Source of the DNA: Lysobacteraceae bacterium
Lineage (GTDB): Bacteria; Pseudomonadota; Gammaproteobacteria; Xanthomonadales; Xanthomonadaceae
Assembly: GCA_024508915.1 (NCBI GenBank)
Contig: JANINR010000005.1
Location: forward strand, 1,169-65,168
Direction: 5' to 3'
DNA length: 64,000 bases
Shown: positions 54,343-64,000 of the stretch, in pieces
How the letters are laid out: each line of letters begins with the position of its first letter
Numbering within the stretch: the stretch's first letter is position 1
The notes under the pieces: generated by a model
Seen by the model: only the letters and a program-made list of their open reading frames with translations
Told to the model about the DNA's origin: nothing
The model's database searches: none
Program-made: the position numbers and the translations under genes

Positions 54343-55730
54343 ACGCCGCGGCCGGCGACGGTCACTTCGACCTCGTCGTCGTCGGCGGCGGTTCCGGCGG
54401 GCTCGCCGGCGCGTTCCGCGCCGCCCGCCACGGCGCCCGCGTCGCGCTGCTCGAGCCCGGTGCGCTCGGCGGCACCTGCGTCAACGTCGGTTGCGTGCCG
54501 AAGAAGGCGATGTGGCTCGCCGCGGAGCTCGCGCAGAAGATGGGCCTGGCGCGAGAGCTCGGCTTCGCGCTGCCGACGCCGCTGCCGCCGCTCGATTGGC
54601 GGGCGTTCATCGCGTTCCGGCAGAAGTACATCGCCAACATCCACGCCAGCTACCTGCGACGCCTGGATGCGGCCGGCATCGCGCTGCTGCCGGTGCGCGG
54701 CCGCCTCGCCGCCGCCGGCGTGGTCGCCTGCGAGAACGGCCTGGCGCTGCATGCGCCCCAGGTCCTGCTCGCGACCGGCGGGCGCACGCAACGCCCGGCG
54801 ATCGACGGGGCCGACCTCGCGATCGATTCGGACGGATTCTTCGCGCTGGACGCCGCGCCGCGCCGGGTGGCGATCGTCGGCGCGGGCTATGTCGCGGTCG
54901 AGCTCGCGGGCGTGCTGCAGGCGCTGGGCAGCCAGGTCGAACTGTTCGTGCGCGGGCGGCGCCTGCTCGAAGGCTTCGACGCCGACATCGCCGCGCAGCT
55001 GGCCGAGGACTACCGGCAACAGGGCATCCACGCCCGGTTCGGCACGAGCCTGCGTTCGCTGCGCCGCACGGGCGAAGGCATCCTGCTGCGCGATGCCGAT
55101 GCGCGCGACGCCGGGCCGTACGACTGCGTGATCATGGCGACCGGACGCCGCCCGAACAGCGACGGCCTCGGCCTGGAGGCCCTCGGCGTCGAGGTCGACG
55201 CACGCGGTTTCGTCGAGGTCGACGATTTCCAGCGCACCAGCGTCCCCGGGATCCATGCGGTGGGCGACCTGTGCGGGCGCGCGCAGCTCACGCCGGTGGC
55301 GATCGCCGCGGCGCGCCGGCTGATGGACCGGTTGTTCGGAGGGCGCGAAGGCGCGCGGCTCGACTACGACGACATCCCGACGGTCGTGTTCTCGCATCCG
55401 CCGATCGGCAAGGTCGGCCTGGTCGAGGAGGAGGCGCGCGCGGCGCACGGCGATGCGGTGCGCGTGCACAGCGCCGGCTTCCGGCCGATGCTGCACGCGC
55501 TGGCGGATTCGCCGCAGCGCAGCCTGTTCAAGCTGGTGTGCGTGGCCGATGGCGGCGACGACGCGCCGGAGCGGCAACGCGTGGTCGGCATCCACCTGCT
55601 CGGCGAAGCGGCCGACGAGATGCTGCAGGGCTTCGCGGTCGCGCTGAAGCGCGGCATCACCCTCGCGGACCTGCACGACACGGTCGCGATCCACCCGACT
55701 TCCGCCGAGGAAGTCGTGCTGATGGGCTAG
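54339..55730 (+). CDS. gor: glutathione-disulfide reductase
   Basis: FDLVVVGGGSGG, redox-active GGTCVNVGCVPKK and C-terminal HPTSAEE. GTG start overlaps the upstream stop (GTGA). Confidence 0.9.
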   Translation: MNAAAGDGHFDLVVVGGGSGGLAGAFRAARHGARVALLEPGALGGTCVNVGCVPKKAMWLAAELAQKMGLARELGFALPTPLPPLDWRAFIAFRQKYIANIHASYLRRLDAAGIALLPVRGRLAAAGVVACENGLALHAPQVLLATGGRTQRPAIDGADLAIDSDGFFALDAAPRRVAIVGAGYVAVELAGVLQALGSQVELFVRGRRLLEGFDADIAAQLAEDYRQQGIHARFGTSLRSLRRTGEGILLRDADARDAGPYDCVIMATGRRPNSDGLGLEALGVEVDARGFVEVDDFQRTSVPGIHAVGDLCGRAQLTPVAIAAARRLMDRLFGGREGARLDYDDIPTVVFSHPPIGKVGLVEEEARAAHGDAVRVHSAGFRPMLHALADSPQRSLFKLVCVADGGDDAPERQRVVGIHLLGEAADEMLQGFAVALKRGITLADLHDTVAIHPTSAEEVVLMG

Positions 55731-55741
55731 CGGAGGCCGCG

Positions 55742-56536
55742 ATGGACGACACCCCGGTCTTCGACCTGCATCGCGGCACCGCGCCGCTGCTGGTCAGCCT
55801 GCCGCACGACGGCAGCGCGATCCCGCCGGCGCTGGCCGCGCGCATGACGCCGGAGGCGCGGCGTGCGCCGGATACCGACTGGCACGTGTCGCGCCTGTAC
55901 GCGTTCGCGCGCGGTCTCGGCGCCTCGGTGCTGGTGCCGCGCCATTCGCGCTATGTCGTCGACCTCAACCGCCCGGAGGACGACACCTCGCTGTATCCCG
56001 GCCGGAACACCACGGGCCTGTGCCCGGCGGTGCGCTTCAGCGGCGATCCCGTCTACCTGGACGGGCAGGGCCCGGATGCCGCGGAGATCGCCGCGCGCGT
56101 GGACCGTTACTGGCGCCCGTACCACGATGCGCTGCGCGGGGAGCTCGCGCGCCTGCGCGCCGGGCACGGCCGCGTCGTGCTGTGGGAAGGCCATTCGATC
56201 CGCGGCGAGCTGCCGTTCCTGTTCGAAGGCCGGCTGCCCGACCTCAACCTCGGCACCGCCGGCGGCGCCAGTTGCCGGCCCGCGCTGCAGGCGCGGCTCG
56301 AAGCGGTGCTGGCGGCGCAGCGCGACTACGACTGGGTCGCGAACGGGCGCTTCAAGGGGGGCCACATCACGCGCCACTACGGCCGCCCCGCGGAAGGCGT
56401 CGACGCGGTCCAGCTGGAGATCAGCCAGCGCAACTACATGGACGAGGACAGCTTCGCCTGGGACGAAGCGCGCGCGGGGCGCCTGCAGCGGGTGCTGCAG
56501 GCGCTGGTTGCCGCGGCGCTCGAAGGAACGGCCTAG
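55742..56536 (+). CDS. N-formylglutamate amidohydrolase (FGase) family protein
   Basis: LLVSLPHDGS...DTDWHV...VVDLNRP...LWEGHSI...KGGHITRHYG is the FGase/HutG family pattern. No other hut genes nearby. Confidence 0.85.
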   Translation: MDDTPVFDLHRGTAPLLVSLPHDGSAIPPALAARMTPEARRAPDTDWHVSRLYAFARGLGASVLVPRHSRYVVDLNRPEDDTSLYPGRNTTGLCPAVRFSGDPVYLDGQGPDAAEIAARVDRYWRPYHDALRGELARLRAGHGRVVLWEGHSIRGELPFLFEGRLPDLNLGTAGGASCRPALQARLEAVLAAQRDYDWVANGRFKGGHITRHYGRPAEGVDAVQLEISQRNYMDEDSFAWDEARAGRLQRVLQALVAAALEGTA

Positions 56537-58500
56537 GGCTGGCTGCCCGGGCCCAGGTACTTCGCCAGGAACGCTTCGATCTTGCGGTAGAGCTCCGCGC
56601 GGTTCTCCGGCTTGTAGAAGCCGTGGCCCTCGCCCTGGGCGACCATGGTCTCGACCGGCACCCCGCGCGCCTTGAAGGCGTCGCGCAGCGCGTTGAACTG
56701 GTCCATCGGCACGCGCCGGTCGATCGATCCCTGCGCCAGCAGCACCGGCACCTTGATCTTGTCCACGTTCTGCGCCGGCGACCAGTCCTTCAGGCGCGCC
56801 GGATCGGTGCCGAGCACGCGGTCGAGGTAGCGCTCGCCGGAATCGCGTTCCTGGATGTCGCCGGCTTCCTTCATGACCTTCAGGTCGTACACGCCGACGT
56901 AGCCGATCGCGCACTTGTACAGCTCGGGGTAGCGGATCGTCTGCATCAGCGCCGCGTAGCCGCCGTAACTCGCGCCATAGGTGCAGATGCGCGCGGGATC
57001 GGCCAGCTTCTGCGCGACCGCCCAGTGCACCGCGTCGGCGAGGTCGTCCTGCATCTTGCCGCCCCATTCGCGGTAGCCGCTTTCCATGAAGGCCTTGCCG
57101 CGGCCGCCGGAGCCGCGGTAGTTGACCTGCAGCACGCCGTAGCCGCGGTTGGCGAGGAACTGCGCGTCGCTGTCGTATCCCCAGGTGTCGTACGGCCCGT
57201 GCGGCCCGCCGTGCGGCATGACGATGAGCGGGCGCGGGCCGCTGCCCTGCGGCGCCGTGTACAAGCCGTGCAGGGTCAGCCCGTCGCGGGTCTGGAAGCT
57301 GACCGGCGCGCTGGCCGCCAGCGTTTCCGGCTTGATCCACGGCATCGCGGCGCCCACCAGCTGGACCTTCGTCGCGTCGCGATCGAACACGTAGTACGTG
57401 CCCGGGTTGCGGTCGCTCCAGGTCGAGAACAGCAGCTTGCGGTCGTCGCGGGTCCAGTCGAGGACCGTCACCATCTGGCCCGGGAACGACTTGAGCAGGC
57501 CGGCGTGCAGGCGCGCCCACTCGGAGCCCGGGTCGAAGTACTGCACGGTGGGCTTTTCCTCGTCGTACACGACGCCGTACGGCGCGCCGTCGTGGCCGGC
57601 GTACAGGAGCCCCGCGATGTCGACGTCGGGACGGCCGGCGATCCGTTCGCGGGTGCCCTTCGCGAGGTCGACCCGGTACAGCTGCGCGGGCTCGTCCTTG
57701 TCGACGATCAGCGCGTAGGCGGTGTTGTCGTCACGCTCGACGTGGCGCAGGCTCATCGAATAGCCGGCCAGCGACTTCGGCACCGGCTGCCAGGCGCTGG
57801 CGGGCGTCGGACGGTAGGCGAGGACCGGGTCGTCGTTGTCGTCGGTGGTGACCTTCAGGCGCGCCTTGCCCGAATGATCGAACATGAAGGTCGCGGTCTC
57901 GCGCGTCTGCTCGATCATCTCGCGATGCCCGGTGCGCGTGTCCACCTCGTAGATCGAAGTGGTGAGGTCCTCGTCGCGGCGGCTTTCCGGCCACGCGGTG
58001 AAGTCCACCAGCACCTTGCCGGGCTTGTCGTCGAGGACCTTGACGACCTGGGCGAAGCCGCGGTCCTTGCGGCGCCCGCTGCGCGCGCCGTCGTCGCGCA
58101 CGTAGGCGAACAGCGTTTCCTGGTTCTTGCCGCGGACGTCCGAGCTCATCAGCTCGCCGAGGCTGTACGGGCGCGCCTTGAGCGGCTCCATCCGCGCGCG
58201 TGCCACCACGATCTGGTCGTCGGCGCTCCAGAGCACGTCGGTCACGTGCTGCTGCCTCGTGAAACGCAGCACCTGGACCGCGCCGCTGCCGTCGAGCGGG
58301 ATCACCTGGAGCTGGGTTTCCATGCCGTCGGCGGTGGGGACGGACAGCGCCACGTACTTGCCGTCGGGCGACAGCGTCGCCTCGAAGAGTTCGGCGTGGC
58401 GGGCGAAGTCGTCCACCGGCAGCCGGGTGGCGGCGGAGGCGGCGGCGCTGGCGGCAGCCAGCACGAGGGCGGCCAGCGCGGCCTTGGCGTTACGGTTCAT
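56533..58500 (-). CDS. exported S9 family (prolyl oligopeptidase/dipeptidyl aminopeptidase-like) serine peptidase
   Basis: Signal peptide MNRNAKAALAALVLAAASAAASA, beta-propeller region, nucleophile elbow GASYGGYAA, GEGHGF. Confidence 0.9.
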   Translation of the reverse strand: MNRNAKAALAALVLAAASAAASAATRLPVDDFARHAELFEATLSPDGKYVALSVPTADGMETQLQVIPLDGSGAVQVLRFTRQQHVTDVLWSADDQIVVARARMEPLKARPYSLGELMSSDVRGKNQETLFAYVRDDGARSGRRKDRGFAQVVKVLDDKPGKVLVDFTAWPESRRDEDLTTSIYEVDTRTGHREMIEQTRETATFMFDHSGKARLKVTTDDNDDPVLAYRPTPASAWQPVPKSLAGYSMSLRHVERDDNTAYALIVDKDEPAQLYRVDLAKGTRERIAGRPDVDIAGLLYAGHDGAPYGVVYDEEKPTVQYFDPGSEWARLHAGLLKSFPGQMVTVLDWTRDDRKLLFSTWSDRNPGTYYVFDRDATKVQLVGAAMPWIKPETLAASAPVSFQTRDGLTLHGLYTAPQGSGPRPLIVMPHGGPHGPYDTWGYDSDAQFLANRGYGVLQVNYRGSGGRGKAFMESGYREWGGKMQDDLADAVHWAVAQKLADPARICTYGASYGGYAALMQTIRYPELYKCAIGYVGVYDLKVMKEAGDIQERDSGERYLDRVLGTDPARLKDWSPAQNVDKIKVPVLLAQGSIDRRVPMDQFNALRDAFKARGVPVETMVAQGEGHGFYKPENRAELYRKIEAFLAKYLGPGSQP

Positions 58501-58504
58501 GCGT

Positions 58505-58525
58505 TTTCCCCGCGCCCCGGGGAAA
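58505..58525 (-). promoter_or_regulatory. hairpin that pairs the S9 peptidase Shine-Dalgarno (GGGGAAA) with an upstream UUUCCCC
   Basis: On the mRNA strand: UUUCCCCG-gggcg-CGGGGAAA-acgc-AUG. An 8-bp stem with a 5-nt loop, ending 4 nt before the start codon. Confidence 0.3.
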
Positions 58526-58606
58526 GGGGCGTTCCGCTAGGGTAAACGCCGGCCGCCGGCGCCACCAAGCGCGAACACGGTCAGGTGCCTGAACGTGCGC
58601 TCCCGG

Positions 58607-60496
58607 TCACACTTCCAGCGTCGCCAGGTCGCCCTTGCGTTCCAGCCACGACTTGCGGTCGGCGGCGCGCTTCTTGCCCAGCAGCATGTCCATCAGCGAG
58701 GCGGTCTGCGTGCCGTCGTCGACGGTGAGCTGGACGAGGCGGCGCGTGTCCGGGTGGATGGTGGATTCGCGCAACTGCGAGGGGTTCATCTCGCCCAGTC
58801 CCTTGAAGCGCGTCACGTGGACGGCGCCCCTGGCTTTCTCGCGCTCGATCTTCTCCAGCAGCAGGCGCTTCTCCTCCTCGTCGAGCGCGTAGAACACCTG
58901 CTTGCCCACGTCCACCCGGAACAGCGGCGGCATCGCGACGAACACGTGGCCCGCGGCGACGAGCGCCGGGAAGTGCTTCAGGAACAGCGCCGAGAGCAGG
59001 GTGGCGATGTGCAGTCCGTCGGAGTCGGCGTCGGCGAGGATCACGATCTTGCCGTAGCGCAGGCCCGACACGTCGTCCTTGCCGGGATCGCAGCCGATCG
59101 CCACCGCGAGGTCGTGCACTTCCTGCGAGGCGAGCACGCTGCCGGACGCGACTTCCCAGGTATTCAGGATCTTGCCGCGCAGCGGCAGGATCGCCTGGAA
59201 GTCCTTGTCGCGCGCCTGGCGCGCGCTGCCGCCCGCCGAGTCGCCCTCGACCAGGAACAGCTCGGTGCGCGACAGGTCCTGCGAGATGCAGTCGGCGAGC
59301 TTGCCGGGCAGGGCGGGGCCCTGCGTCACCTTCTTGCGCACCACCTGCTTCTCGGTCTTCAGGCGCGCGCTGGCGCGCTCGATCGCGAGCTGGGCGATGC
59401 GGCCGCCGGCTTCCGTGTGGGTGTTGAGCCACAGCGAGAACGCGTCGTGGGCGGCGCCCTCGACGAAGCCCGCGGCCTGGCGCGAGCTCAGGCGCTCCTT
59501 GGTCTGGCCGCTGAACTGCGGTTCGGTCATCTTCAGCGACAGCACGAACGACACGCGGTCCCACACGTCTTCCGGCGCGAGCTTGACGCCGCGCGGCAGC
59601 AGGTTGCGGAAGTCGCAGAATTCGCGCAGCGCGTCGGTGCACCCGGTGCGCAGGCCGTTGACGTGGGTGCCGTGCTGCGGCGTCGGGATCAGGTTGACGT
59701 AGCTCTCCTGCACCAGCTCGCCTTCCGGGACCCAGGCGATCGCCCAGTCCACGATCTCCGTGTCCTTGCGCAGCTGGCCGGTGAACAGTTCCGGCGGCAG
59801 CAGCTCTGCGCCGGCGAGCTCGCCCTTGAGGTAGTCGCGCAGGCCGTCCTCGTAGTGCCATTCCCAGCGTTCGCCGCTCGCCTCGTCCGCGAGGGTCACG
59901 GTGAGGCCCGGGCACAGCACCGCCTTCGCGCGCAGCAGGTGGCGCAGCGCGCGCAGGTTGAACTTCGGGCTGTCGAAATATTTCGGGTCGGGCCAGAAGC
60001 GCAACCGGGTGCCGGTATTGCGCTTGCCGACGCTGCCGACCACGTCCAGCTTGCTGGCGCGTTCGCCGTCGGCGAAGGCCATGCGGTATTCGCTGCCGTC
60101 GCGGCGGATGAAGACCTCGAGCCGCTTCGACAGCGCGTTCACCACGCTGACGCCGACGCCGTGCAGGCCGCCGGAGAAGGTGTAGTTGCGGTTGCTGAAC
60201 TTGCCGCCGGCGTGCAGGCGGGTCAGGATCAGCTCGACCCCGGGCACCTTCTCCTCCGGGTGGATGTCGACCGGCATGCCGCGGCCGTCGTCGGCGACCT
60301 CGCAGGAGCCGTCGGCGTGCAGCGTGACCGCGATGCTGCGCGCGTGTCCGGCGAGGGCTTCGTCCACCGAGTTGTCGACGACTTCCTGCGCCAGGTGGTT
60401 CGGGCGCGCGGTGTCGGTGTACATGCCGGGGCGGCGGCGGACCGGGTCCAGGCCCGAGAGGACTTCGATGTCCGAGGCGTCGTAGCGGGTGCTCAT
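58607..60496 (-). CDS. parE: DNA topoisomerase IV subunit B
   Basis: [27 protein letters not shown]...[15 protein letters not shown]...EGDSAGGSA... (GHKL ATPase + Toprim), 629 aa. The upstream part of the 1217-aa track ORF is antisense to pyrG. Confidence 0.95.
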   Translation of the reverse strand: MSTRYDASDIEVLSGLDPVRRRPGMYTDTARPNHLAQEVVDNSVDEALAGHARSIAVTLHADGSCEVADDGRGMPVDIHPEEKVPGVELILTRLHAGGKFSNRNYTFSGGLHGVGVSVVNALSKRLEVFIRRDGSEYRMAFADGERASKLDVVGSVGKRNTGTRLRFWPDPKYFDSPKFNLRALRHLLRAKAVLCPGLTVTLADEASGERWEWHYEDGLRDYLKGELAGAELLPPELFTGQLRKDTEIVDWAIAWVPEGELVQESYVNLIPTPQHGTHVNGLRTGCTDALREFCDFRNLLPRGVKLAPEDVWDRVSFVLSLKMTEPQFSGQTKERLSSRQAAGFVEGAAHDAFSLWLNTHTEAGGRIAQLAIERASARLKTEKQVVRKKVTQGPALPGKLADCISQDLSRTELFLVEGDSAGGSARQARDKDFQAILPLRGKILNTWEVASGSVLASQEVHDLAVAIGCDPGKDDVSGLRYGKIVILADADSDGLHIATLLSALFLKHFPALVAAGHVFVAMPPLFRVDVGKQVFYALDEEEKRLLLEKIEREKARGAVHVTRFKGLGEMNPSQLRESTIHPDTRRLVQLTVDDGTQTASLMDMLLGKKRAADRKSWLERKGDLATLEV

Positions 60497-60583
60497 GCCG
60501 CCATTGTCGCATCGCGCCGGGCCGCGTCGCAGGGTTCCGCCGCGACCGCCGGGCGCGGTGGAGCACCGGCGCGCCGGCTCCTG

Positions 60584-64000
<3,417 letters not shown>

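Overview
Very GC-rich (roughly 68-70% by eye), gene-dense chromosomal segment. The gene content looks Xanthomonadales/Lysobacter-like, with parE and a pyrG-kdsA-eno block at the right end (taxonomy is inference). I call 56 protein-coding genes, two of them running off the window edges. Two are absent from the supplied ORF track: the left-edge SDR and a 53-aa ORF at 39323-39484. I also call two clear bidirectional hairpin terminators and a few candidate regulatory motifs. By eye I found no rRNA, tRNA, CRISPR array, transposase or integrase. Most very long ORFs in the track are stop-poor antisense artefacts of the high GC content; only their 3' parts are real genes. The window is mostly core or housekeeping sequence, but it is unusually rich in exported hydrolases: M23, M13, S45 acylase, two M1, M4, S9, two C40, an SxxK serine hydrolase, a ClpP-fold lipoprotein and an alkaline phosphatase. 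The best leads are: (1) a same-strand doxX-msrB-msrA-ECF sigma-membrane protein cluster in which both Msr enzymes appear exported and no reductant gene is present; (2) an orphan secreted protein plus 3-TM miniprotein with foreign codon usage at 11.2-12.6 kb; (3) an AT-rich promoter/operator-like module found upstream of padR and again 36 kb away, where it precedes a perfect Shine-Dalgarno with no canonical start; (4) a PadR + DUF1700/HAAS-type membrane partner pair; (5) a GAF-GGDEF-EAL protein with degenerate catalytic motifs. All family assignments come from motif recognition by eye, not from database searches.
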